From NCBI GenBank assembly GCA_965215005.1, contig CBDCCZ010000017.1, positions 28,221 to 92,220 on the forward strand: a stretch of DNA of 64,000 nucleotides, read 5' to 3'. The stretch comes from Kofleriaceae bacterium (GTDB taxonomy: Bacteria; Myxococcota_A; Polyangia; Haliangiales; Haliangiaceae). Numbering within the stretch: the first letter of the stretch is position 1; every line of letters starts with the position of its first letter. The notes beneath the pieces are model-generated. The model made no database searches. It was not told the DNA's origin and saw only the letters and a list, made by a program, of their open reading frames with translations. This document shows positions 14,565 through 23,220 of the stretch, one piece after another. The position numbers and the translations under genes were made by a program.

Positions 14565-16757
14565 ATGAGGAGTCGAAGAGCACGACTTTGGACGGCGTTG
14601 GTTGCCGCGCTAGCCACCCCTGCCGTGGCTAACGCCGACGACCTTGCTTCGCTATCGCTCGAAGAGCTGATGTCGGTAGAGGTTCGTCCCGCATCCTATG
14701 TGGTCGCCGATCGCGAGGTGCAACCCGTATCGATCACGGTCATCGACCGCGAGCAAATTCGCACCAGTGGTGCCCGCACCGTCAACGAGCTCTTGGCGCT
14801 GCACGTTCCCGGCTACTTCCTCGTCGAAGATCAAGATGACGTCATCGCTGCGTTCCGCGGCTTTGCGCCCGATAACAACTCCAAGGTGCTGCTGCTTCTC
14901 GATGGCCGGCCGCTCAACACCGAATGGTTCGCTGGACCACCCGATGCGATCCTCAACGGCCTCGACCTCGGGTTCATCGATCGCATCGAAATCATCCGCG
15001 GCCCCGGCTCGGTGATGCACGGCCCCGGCGCGCTGCTCGGCGTCATCAACATCGTCACCCGCCGTCCGCAAGGGCGTCATACGGCGGCGGCAGCAGTCAC
15101 CGTAGGTGCGGACGAGCTGCGCGCGGCACGCCTCGAGGGTGGATTCGCGACCGGCGACTTGGCCGCGTTGTTCTATTTGTCCTCGAGTCGCTATGGCGGC
15201 CAAGCCCTACGCGGGCAGGGTTGGGCGTTGATCGAGCCACGAGGCGGTGGCGTTCCCGCCATCAACCATGGCCATCGTCTCAAAGCTGCCGAGCAGGATG
15301 TCGCGCTCGCGTTGGTCCGCTGGCGCGACGTCTCGCTGCAGCTGCTCCGTGTGTGGCAACTTCGCGACAACTACAACTTCTTTCGCGATCGCGAAGAGCT
15401 CGAACAGCAGCTAACGGCACTTTCCCTCGGCTGGACGCTCGGCGTGGGCAGCTTCAGCTTGCAACTGCGCGGCGGCTACGACCATGACGAGCTCGGCCAG
15501 CTTTCGCATGACGGCATCCGGTTGGCCGGCACTCGAGAAGATCGTTACAGCGCCTTCGCGGTACTGCGCGGCGAGCCTATTCCCCACAATCGTTTCGCCG
15601 TAGGCGCCGACTTGCGCCACTTCGAGATGGGTCTGCGCGACCGCTATGGCTTGAATCTGCTCGTCAACCGGTCCATTGACCGCGCCACTGCAAGCAACGT
15701 CACTCATACATATGTCAATCGGTCCCGCCTCACGGAGATCGGCTTGTTCGTAGAAGATGCGCACCAGCTGACGGAATGGTTGCGAACGGTCATCGGGCTG
15801 AGAATTGACGTGCATCCGTTCTGGGGGCCCAGCACCAGCCCTCGACTGGCATTGCTCGCGACGCCGCGCCCCGAGCTGGAGTTTCGGATCTCATATCAGA
15901 CCGGCTTTCGAGGCGCTCCAGGAGCTCACTACACCGGTGGTTGGCGCCATGATGGGCTGCTTCAAGAGGATGGATTTGGCGCCATCGAAGACAATCCCAC
16001 CGCTGCCGCGTCAGGCTATCAAAACATCAGAGAAACCGAGCCAGAGCGACTGCGCACCGTCGAGTTAGCTGCCGAGGCGCGGCCCGCGCAAGGTCTCACC
16101 CTGAGCGCGGTCTCGTTCGCGAGCTGGATGCGCAAAGTCATCGATGTAGGGGTGATTTTCCTCGAAGATCAGCCGGATTTCGAGACCGCGGGGCCGGCCT
16201 CACGGGTCATCGGAGACGACCTCATCGGCGACTGGGGTGGCTGGTTCTTCTTCAAGAACAATCCGGGACAAATTTCGACGGCAGGCCTCGAGATGAGCGT
16301 GCGCTATAGCCATCGGTTCGTTCGTGCTACCGCCAGTCATGCCCTGGTGCGCATGGTGGACAGTAGCAATGGCGCAGCAGCTCTTGGCAGCATGTACGTG
16401 AGCGGTAGCGCGAGCGACCCGCATTTCCGCGCATATCCAGAAGACATCACACGCCTATCGGTCGTGGTGCTGCCATGGCGCGGGCTCGAGCTCGCCGCGA
16501 CGGGCTTGCGCTTTGGCGATTGGTACTCGCCAGATTGGTCCATGGGCGGCGCTGATGGCGAGAGCGGCCTCTGGCTAAACGCGTATGTCGGCTATCGCTT
16601 CGCGAGTGAGAGCGAGCTCTCCATCTCCGTCAAGAACGTGCTCGACATGAAGGGGCTTTGGCCAATGAACAGCAACGCTTCGGGCCCCGCCGTCTCGCCC
16701 GGCGCGCCAGCGCTCGAAGGCCGCACACTCTGGGTCACCGCGGGTCATGCGTTCTGA
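14565..16757 (+). CDS. TonB-dependent receptor (YfiR-associated type)
   Basis: Signal peptide, DDLASLSLEELMSVEV, plug motif IDRIEIIRGPGSVMHGPGALLGVINIVT, C-terminal Phe; AAGGAG RBS before ATG 14565. Confidence 0.9.
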   Translation: MRSRRARLWTALVAALATPAVANADDLASLSLEELMSVEVRPASYVVADREVQPVSITVIDREQIRTSGARTVNELLALHVPGYFLVEDQDDVIAAFRGFAPDNNSKVLLLLDGRPLNTEWFAGPPDAILNGLDLGFIDRIEIIRGPGSVMHGPGALLGVINIVTRRPQGRHTAAAAVTVGADELRAARLEGGFATGDLAALFYLSSSRYGGQALRGQGWALIEPRGGGVPAINHGHRLKAAEQDVALALVRWRDVSLQLLRVWQLRDNYNFFRDREELEQQLTALSLGWTLGVGSFSLQLRGGYDHDELGQLSHDGIRLAGTREDRYSAFAVLRGEPIPHNRFAVGADLRHFEMGLRDRYGLNLLVNRSIDRATASNVTHTYVNRSRLTEIGLFVEDAHQLTEWLRTVIGLRIDVHPFWGPSTSPRLALLATPRPELEFRISYQTGFRGAPGAHYTGGWRHDGLLQEDGFGAIEDNPTAAASGYQNIRETEPERLRTVELAAEARPAQGLTLSAVSFASWMRKVIDVGVIFLEDQPDFETAGPASRVIGDDLIGDWGGWFFFKNNPGQISTAGLEMSVRYSHRFVRATASHALVRMVDSSNGAAALGSMYVSGSASDPHFRAYPEDITRLSVVVLPWRGLELAATGLRFGDWYSPDWSMGGADGESGLWLNAYVGYRFASESELSISVKNVLDMKGLWPMNSNASGPAVSPGAPALEGRTLWVTAGHAF

Positions 16758-17298
16758 GCGTTCATCGGCGCTTCTGGCGGCTCTGTTGACGATGACTGCG
16801 GCGAGCGCGAGCCGCGGCGAGGTTGCCGAGCCCGAGGTTCAAGCCGAGCTGGTCGAACGGTTTACGCGGTTCGTCGAGTGGCCGACTCGGTCATTGCCCC
16901 CAGACCAACACCTGCACCTCTGCGTCATCGGCGACACCCTCGTCAATCAGGCGCTGCGGCGTCTGAGCCGACGACGCGTCATGAAAGGGCGCTCGGTAAT
17001 CTATCGCGAAGTCGATGACCTGGAGCAAGTTCTCTACTGTCACGTGTTGTTCATCGCCGCGACCCGAAGGGACACGCTCGAAGCCATTCTCTCCATCACT
17101 CGCGATCGCCCCATTCTCACGATTGGAGCGACGGCGGGAATGGCGCAACGCGGCGTTTTGATCAACATTTACCGGGTCGAGCGCCACTTGCGATTCGAGA
17201 TCAACATGACTGCAGCGCAGCTGAGCGGCTTGCGCTTTGGTGCCAAGCTATTACGACTCGCCAGGCGGGTCGGCAACACACAAGGAGAGCCCCGATGA
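16747..17298 (+). CDS. YfiR family (DUF4154) periplasmic protein
   Basis: FTRFVEWP, LCVIG, CHVLFI, PILTIG, LRFEINM..AQLSGL...AKLLRLA. Confidence 0.9.
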   Translation: MRSERSSALLAALLTMTAASASRGEVAEPEVQAELVERFTRFVEWPTRSLPPDQHLHLCVIGDTLVNQALRRLSRRRVMKGRSVIYREVDDLEQVLYCHVLFIAATRRDTLEAILSITRDRPILTIGATAGMAQRGVLINIYRVERHLRFEINMTAAQLSGLRFGAKLLRLARRVGNTQGEPR

Positions 17299-19526
17299 GC
17301 TTCTCTGGCTGGTCGATTCGCGCTCGTCTAGTGGGAGTCATCGCGCTCATCACGCTGGTTTGCCTCACAGCGGGCTTTGCGGTCGTCGGTAGCCGTCAAA
17401 TCGCCGCTATGCGACGCGACCGCATCGAAACGGTGAGTCTCATCGCGCGGGTGGTCGGGCAGTACCTGGTTCCGAGTCTGGCCTTCGGCGATCGCACCGA
17501 TGCCACCGAGGCGCTGGGAAGCTTGCGGGCTTTCGGCGACGTTCGCTCCGCTGCCCTCTACGACGCTAGCGGCAGCCTTTTCGCTACCTTCGAAGCCGAC
17601 TCACCCGCTACCTGGCCCGCGCAAATACCAACCCGGCCGCCACCAGTGCAACGGATCGAAGGCTCGGTGGTCGAAGTCCGCGCGCCGATTTCCCACCAAG
17701 GTATTCGCTACGGAACGATCCTGGTCCGCGCTACCAGCGCATCGCTGGCCAGACAGATTCGCGATCAAGTTGCCACGCTGTTGGTCGTGCTGTTGGCGAT
17801 GGTCCTACTCTCAGCGCTGGCCGCTTGGATCCTGCAGCGCATCATTTCGCAACCGATTCTGCAGCTCGCCCAGCTCGCCAGACGAATCTCTCGCGACCAG
17901 GACATCTCGCTTCGTGGCGATAGTGGCCACGGTGGCGAGCTCGGGGTGCTCGCGCGTGGGTTCAACACCATGCTCGACCGCTTGGAGGCTCGAGACAATG
18001 CCCTGCGAGCGTCTCACGACACGCTCCGCGCGCTCATCAACGCCTCACCGCTTGGCATCATCGGCCTCGATGCTCAGCGGATGATAACGCTGTGGAACTC
18101 CAGCGCGGAGACGATCTTTGGCGCTCCTGAAGGGGAAGCAATCGGGCGTCCTGCGACCGAGCTGGTTCCGGAGAGCATCATCAACCCGATCTGGACACGC
18201 TGCCTGGCCGATGCTCCGCTCACTGGATTGCGGCTCCACGCGTCGCTCGACCGTCCACGCGAGCTCGCGCTGTTCGCTGCGCCCCTCAGTGGTCGCGACG
18301 GGCAGCTCAGCGGCGCCGTCGTCGTCGTCGACGACATCACTGACAAAGCGCTTGCTGAGCAGGCACTCGCTGAGCGCGAGAATCAGCTCCAGCGCGCGCA
18401 GAAGCTCGAAGTAGTGGGACGATTGGCGGGCGGCGTGGCCCACGACTTCAACAACCTGCTCACCGTGGTCATCGCCTCGTGCCAGCTGCTTAGCAACAAG
18501 CTCACCGACCAACCGCTGCTGCTCGGCTACCTGCAGAATATCCGCCTCTCTGCGGAGCGTGGCGCTGCGCTCACCCGCCGGCTACTTGCCTTTGGCAAGC
18601 GCCAGCAGCCCCACGCCCGCCTCGTCGATCTAACGGTGGTGATCAGCGAGCTCGAGCGGATGATTCGGAGCGTCATCGGCGAGCACATCCGCTTCGAGAT
18701 CAACATGCCAGCCGAGCACATCATCGTCTATGTCGACCGCGGTCAGCTCGAACAGGTGCTGCTCAATCTGGTCCTCAATGCCCGTGACGCCATGCGCGGA
18801 GGCGGCACCTTGAGGCTCGCCATCGAGCTCGGTAGCCACACAACGGCCAATATCGCCGGCGTTGCGGTAAAGGTCGTTGATTCCGGCGAGGGGATGTCCG
18901 CAGAGGTTTGTGCGCGCGCATTCGAACCCTTCTTCACCACCAAGCCGAACGGAACCGGACTGGGCCTTGCGACCGCGCAACAAATCGCTCACTCCCTCGG
19001 CGGCGAGCTCAGCGTCCAGTCGCAACCCGACCAAGGCACGACCTTCACCCTCTGGTTGCCTCTCTTCGAAGGCGAGCACGAGGCAACGGATGAGCGCGCC
19101 CCGTCGCCGCGCATGACCGGCGACGAGACGATCCTATTGGTCGAAGACGAGGTCGAGCTTCGGCATCTGGTGGCCGGCGCCCTGCGCGAAGCCGGTTACC
19201 GAGTCCTCGAAGCCGGTGATGGCGCTGCGGCGCTCGAGGTAGCGGCGGCGCATGATGAGCTCATCGAGCTGCTCTTGACGGACGTGGTGATGCCCGGCTC
19301 GAGTGGTCCGCAGCTCGCTCGCGCGCTGCTGCGCACGCGGACCGATATGGAGGTCTTGTATATGTCGGGCTACGTTGGCGACGCACTCACCGAGCGCGGC
19401 TTGGACAACCATCTGGTCGCACTGATCGAAAAGCCGTTTACCCCGCGCGCGCTGCTGGCACGCGTGCGTCAGGTGCTCGACGCGGCCGCGCCTCGCTGGC
19501 ACCAGGTTGATGCGCCCGCGCCCTGA
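17295..19526 (+). CDS. Hybrid sensor histidine kinase (periplasmic CHASE8-like, HAMP, PAS, HisKA, HATPase, REC)
   Basis: Two TM helices, HAMP (ELGVLARGFNTML), PAS (LWNSSAETIFG), AGGVAHDFNNLL, FEPFFTTKPNGTGLGL, receiver LLLTDVVMPG. Confidence 0.93.
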   Translation: MSFSGWSIRARLVGVIALITLVCLTAGFAVVGSRQIAAMRRDRIETVSLIARVVGQYLVPSLAFGDRTDATEALGSLRAFGDVRSAALYDASGSLFATFEADSPATWPAQIPTRPPPVQRIEGSVVEVRAPISHQGIRYGTILVRATSASLARQIRDQVATLLVVLLAMVLLSALAAWILQRIISQPILQLAQLARRISRDQDISLRGDSGHGGELGVLARGFNTMLDRLEARDNALRASHDTLRALINASPLGIIGLDAQRMITLWNSSAETIFGAPEGEAIGRPATELVPESIINPIWTRCLADAPLTGLRLHASLDRPRELALFAAPLSGRDGQLSGAVVVVDDITDKALAEQALAERENQLQRAQKLEVVGRLAGGVAHDFNNLLTVVIASCQLLSNKLTDQPLLLGYLQNIRLSAERGAALTRRLLAFGKRQQPHARLVDLTVVISELERMIRSVIGEHIRFEINMPAEHIIVYVDRGQLEQVLLNLVLNARDAMRGGGTLRLAIELGSHTTANIAGVAVKVVDSGEGMSAEVCARAFEPFFTTKPNGTGLGLATAQQIAHSLGGELSVQSQPDQGTTFTLWLPLFEGEHEATDERAPSPRMTGDETILLVEDEVELRHLVAGALREAGYRVLEAGDGAAALEVAAAHDELIELLLTDVVMPGSSGPQLARALLRTRTDMEVLYMSGYVGDALTERGLDNHLVALIEKPFTPRALLARVRQVLDAAAPRWHQVDAPAP

Positions 19527-19682
19527 GCTCGGCTGCGAATTGGGTCGCAGCGACGTGTTCAGAGGCACGACATTTGCACACAGGCGAGGGCTTGCTCACA
19601 GCCATCCGCTCTCCGGCTCGGGCTGCGCAGCGGTGGCCCGCCACACTGAGCCGCCACGCACACACACCTTCTACTCGAGAGG

Positions 19683-20987
19683 ATGCGAGTCATGCACGCT
19701 AGCCGTCACGTCGCGCTATTGCTCATTGCTCTTGGCGCACCAAATCTCGGATGCGGCTCGAGCGAGCAGCAACCGCAAGCACCTGCTCCTACGCCACCGA
19801 CCGCACCCCCGGCGACCTCGATGGCAAGCCCGCCAACGGCTCCTGCGACGCCACCCGAGGCGCTTCCGCCTAGCGCTGGAGCCGCGCAGACTCGCGCGTT
19901 TCGCCCCGATCGAGTGGAGCCGACCGCAGAACACATCGCTTCGTTGCGCGTGCCGCAGGGCTTCAACGTCGGCGTTTACGCCACGGAGCTAAAGGATCCG
20001 CGGATGATGGCGCTAGCGCCCGATGGCTCGGTATGGGTGACCGAGCGTGCCGCCGGTCGAGTCACCGCACTGGTCGACCAAGATGGCGATGGCGTCGCTG
20101 AAGCGCGACGGACGGTGGTTGATGGAGTGCCGGACGTCCACGGCATCGCTATTCGCGGCGATACGGTCTACCTCGCGCAAATCAAAACCTTGCAGGTCGG
20201 GCGCATCGTCGGCGGGAAGGTCAAAAATCTCCGCCCGCTCGTCACCGATCTGCCCGATGGAGGGCAGCACCCGAACCGCACAGTCGGCGTTGGCCCTACC
20301 GGAGAGCTGCTGGTCTCAATCGGCTCTAGCTGCAACGCCTGCACCGAGACCAACCCCGAGCACGCGACGATCCTGTCAGTAAACAAGAACGGCAAGAGCC
20401 GCGTCACCTTCGCGAGCGGCTTGCGCAACACCATCGGCTTCGACTGGCATCCGAGCACCGGCCAGCTCTGGGGCATGGACCACGGCATCGATCACCGCGG
20501 CGACGACACGCCGCCGGAGGAGCTCAATCGACTCGAGGAGGGCAAGCACTACGGCTGGCCATTCGTTTATGGCAAGAACATCTACGATGAGTTCGCTGGC
20601 AAGCCACCCAAGAGCAGCAAAGAAGAGTTCTTAGCGAAGGCCACGCCGGCAGTTCTCACTTATCAAGCGCATAGCGCTCCCATCGCGATGGTCTTCTATG
20701 ATGGCAAGCAGTTTCCCTCGTCGATGCAGGGAGATGCCTTTGTTGCCATGCACGGCTCCTGGAATCGAGTTCCAGCAACCGGTTACGAGGTGGTGCGTGT
20801 GAAGTTCGACGAAGGTGAGCCAACTGCCATTGAGCCATTCGTGACTGGCTTTCTGCTGCCGGATGGCCGCACGCATTTCGGCCGCCCAGCGGGGCTCGTG
20901 GTCGCTCGAGATGGCGCCTTGCTCGTCGGCGACGATGCCAACGGACGCATCTACCGGATCGCTGCGGAGCCAGTCGCTTCACGATGA
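19683..20987 (+). CDS. PQQ-dependent sugar/sorbosone dehydrogenase family lipoprotein
   Basis: Lipobox NLGC, Pro-rich linker, GSSCNAC, GLRNTIGFDWHP, YGWP, AHSAP, GRPAG beta-propeller motifs. Confidence 0.88.
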   Translation: MRVMHASRHVALLLIALGAPNLGCGSSEQQPQAPAPTPPTAPPATSMASPPTAPATPPEALPPSAGAAQTRAFRPDRVEPTAEHIASLRVPQGFNVGVYATELKDPRMMALAPDGSVWVTERAAGRVTALVDQDGDGVAEARRTVVDGVPDVHGIAIRGDTVYLAQIKTLQVGRIVGGKVKNLRPLVTDLPDGGQHPNRTVGVGPTGELLVSIGSSCNACTETNPEHATILSVNKNGKSRVTFASGLRNTIGFDWHPSTGQLWGMDHGIDHRGDDTPPEELNRLEEGKHYGWPFVYGKNIYDEFAGKPPKSSKEEFLAKATPAVLTYQAHSAPIAMVFYDGKQFPSSMQGDAFVAMHGSWNRVPATGYEVVRVKFDEGEPTAIEPFVTGFLLPDGRTHFGRPAGLVVARDGALLVGDDANGRIYRIAAEPVASR

Positions 20988-23089
20988 AGGGCACACTGCT
21001 CTCTGGCATGCTGCTGACAGCGATGTCTCTGCCAGCGATGTCTCTGCCAGCGTATGCGCAACTGGGTGAAGCCGCTGCGCCCGTGAATCCCCCAGCCAAG
21101 GACGCAGCGCCGCAGGAGCTGCCGGAGGCGGAAGCAGAAAATCCCTACGAGACCGTCGTCGTCGGCTCGCGGGTCGAGCTCCCGCCGCCCCAGCTGCCGC
21201 TGGCAATCACCACCATCACGACCAACCCATTGCGCCGCGGACGGCCCGGCCTCAGCCTCGCCGAATCCCTCGTCGGCCTCCCCGGCGTGAGCGCCCGCAA
21301 TCGCACCAACTTCGCGCAAGACGTGCGGCTCTCGGTCCGTGGCTTCGGCGCCCGTTCCGCTTTCGGAGTGCGCGGGGTGACCGTGCTCTACGACGGCATT
21401 CCGCTGACCATGCCCGATGGTCAAGCGCAACTCGATATCGTCGACCCGGACCTGGTCGAGCGCGTCGAGGTGCTCGGCGGCCCCGCCGGCGCGCTCTACG
21501 GCAACGCCGCCGGTGGCGTCATCGCTCTCGAGTCGGTCCGCGGCAGCGACCTCGCGGGCGCCGATGCCGCGATGCGTATCGGCGGTTATGGCTTTCGCAA
21601 AGTATTGGCTCGAGCGGGCGATACGGTGGGCCAAGGCGAGTGGCTCGTTGCCGTCAGTCGTCTGTCCTTCGATGGCTATCGCGCTCGCAGTGAAGTTCGT
21701 CAGACCAACGCTCACGGCTCCTTTCGGTGGCAGCTGCCGAGCGCGGAGCTGCGGGTGGTCGGCAGTTACGTCGATGCGCCGGTGGCCGAAGACAGCGGCG
21801 GGCTCACCGCGGAGGAGCTTGCCCAAGATCCTCGCCAGGCGGCACCAAACAACCTGCGCTTTCGCACCGGCGAGGCCATCACGCAGTCTCAACTCGGGGC
21901 GCTGCTGCAGCTCCACCCGAGCGACAGCGATCGGCTCGAGCTGCGCCTTTGGCACGTCGGCCGGAGCTACGCCGGCTCGATTCCGTTTCGCGTCATCGAT
22001 CTCGATCGCAACGCGATTGGCGGCGGCGCCAGCTATCGATCCTCGCGGCGCATCGCGGGCATTGCAACGCACGTTTCGGCGGCGCTCGAAGCGCAGTGGC
22101 TGGCCGATCGCCGGCTCGGGATGGATAGCGAAGATGGCGTCCCCGTCGGTCCTGCGCAAGTGCGCCAGGACGAGCGAGCTCGCGCCCTCGGCGGCTATGT
22201 TCAGGTGCACGCGCAGCCGCTGCCGTGGCTTGGAATCCTCGCCGGGGCCCGTTACGACACCATCGAGCTAGAGCTCGAGGACAAGCAACTGGACGACGGC
22301 GATCAGTCAGGGGTCGTGCCCTATGACGCGTTCACCAGCATGGGCGGCGCGATCGTGCAGCTTTCGCCCGTGCTGGCGCTCTACGGCAATATCGCCGAGT
22401 CATTCGAGACGCCCACCATCAGCGAGCTGAGTCTCCGGCCCGACGGCACTGCCGGGCTCGATGACACCCTGGAGCCGCAGCGGGCGCGGAGCTATGAAGT
22501 CGGAGCGCGTGGGAATAGCAACGGTAGCAGCGCTGCCGTGGCGCTGTTCTATCTCCAACTGCGCGACGAGCTCGTGCCCTTCGAGGACGACACGGCTCGT
22601 ACGTTCTATCGCAACGCAGGGCGCTCGCATCGCCTCGGGGCCGAAGCATCATTCCAGCTCGACCTACCCCGAGAGGTCGCGGTGCGCTTTGCCTACACCA
22701 TGTTGCGCGCCGAATTCGATGAGTATCAGCAGGGAGCAATGAGCTTGGCAGGCAATCGCGTGCCGGGGGTGCCGCCGCACCAGCTCGGCGTGGTTGCCCG
22801 ATGGGGCGCCGATGTGGGCGCGTTCGCCGCTGTCGACGCCGAGTACTTACACGACATCTGGGCCGACGATAGCAACACCGCGCGCAGCGACGCAGCGACC
22901 CTGATGGACGTGAGAGCCGGATACGCTGGCGAGCTAGAGTGGTTGCGCTATCGCGCGTTCGGCGGGGTGAGCAACGTCCTCGACGCCGAGACAATCGACA
23001 ATCTCCGTGTCAACGCGGTTGCAGGCCGCTACTTCGAGCCGGGACTGCCGCGGACGTTTTATGTCGGCGCAGCGCTCGGTTGGAAGTGA
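20984..23089 (+). CDS. TonB-dependent receptor, YncD/PqqU-like
   Basis: Plug NRTNFAQDVRLSVRGFGARSAFGVRG...DGIPLTMPDGQ, FETPT, and C-terminal VNA..GRYFEPG resemble E. coli YncD (PqqU) as recalled. Confidence 0.85.
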   Translation: MKGTLLSGMLLTAMSLPAMSLPAYAQLGEAAAPVNPPAKDAAPQELPEAEAENPYETVVVGSRVELPPPQLPLAITTITTNPLRRGRPGLSLAESLVGLPGVSARNRTNFAQDVRLSVRGFGARSAFGVRGVTVLYDGIPLTMPDGQAQLDIVDPDLVERVEVLGGPAGALYGNAAGGVIALESVRGSDLAGADAAMRIGGYGFRKVLARAGDTVGQGEWLVAVSRLSFDGYRARSEVRQTNAHGSFRWQLPSAELRVVGSYVDAPVAEDSGGLTAEELAQDPRQAAPNNLRFRTGEAITQSQLGALLQLHPSDSDRLELRLWHVGRSYAGSIPFRVIDLDRNAIGGGASYRSSRRIAGIATHVSAALEAQWLADRRLGMDSEDGVPVGPAQVRQDERARALGGYVQVHAQPLPWLGILAGARYDTIELELEDKQLDDGDQSGVVPYDAFTSMGGAIVQLSPVLALYGNIAESFETPTISELSLRPDGTAGLDDTLEPQRARSYEVGARGNSNGSSAAVALFYLQLRDELVPFEDDTARTFYRNAGRSHRLGAEASFQLDLPREVAVRFAYTMLRAEFDEYQQGAMSLAGNRVPGVPPHQLGVVARWGADVGAFAAVDAEYLHDIWADDSNTARSDAATLMDVRAGYAGELEWLRYRAFGGVSNVLDAETIDNLRVNAVAGRYFEPGLPRTFYVGAALGWK
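21018..21052 (+). repeat. 15-bp tandem duplication in the receptor signal peptide (AMSLP x2)
   Basis: CAGCGATGTCTCTGC twice, followed by CAGCG. Confidence 0.85.
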
Positions 23090-23220
23090 TCGCAAGCTAG
23101 GCAGCGCGAGTCGCCGCAGGTGGAGCGCGATGGATTGCTCGCTCGCCCTCGAGCAATGCAGACGCGTTGAGTAGCAGCCGCGCGCGGGCTATTCTGGCGC
23201 CGTTACGACACCGAGGGAGG

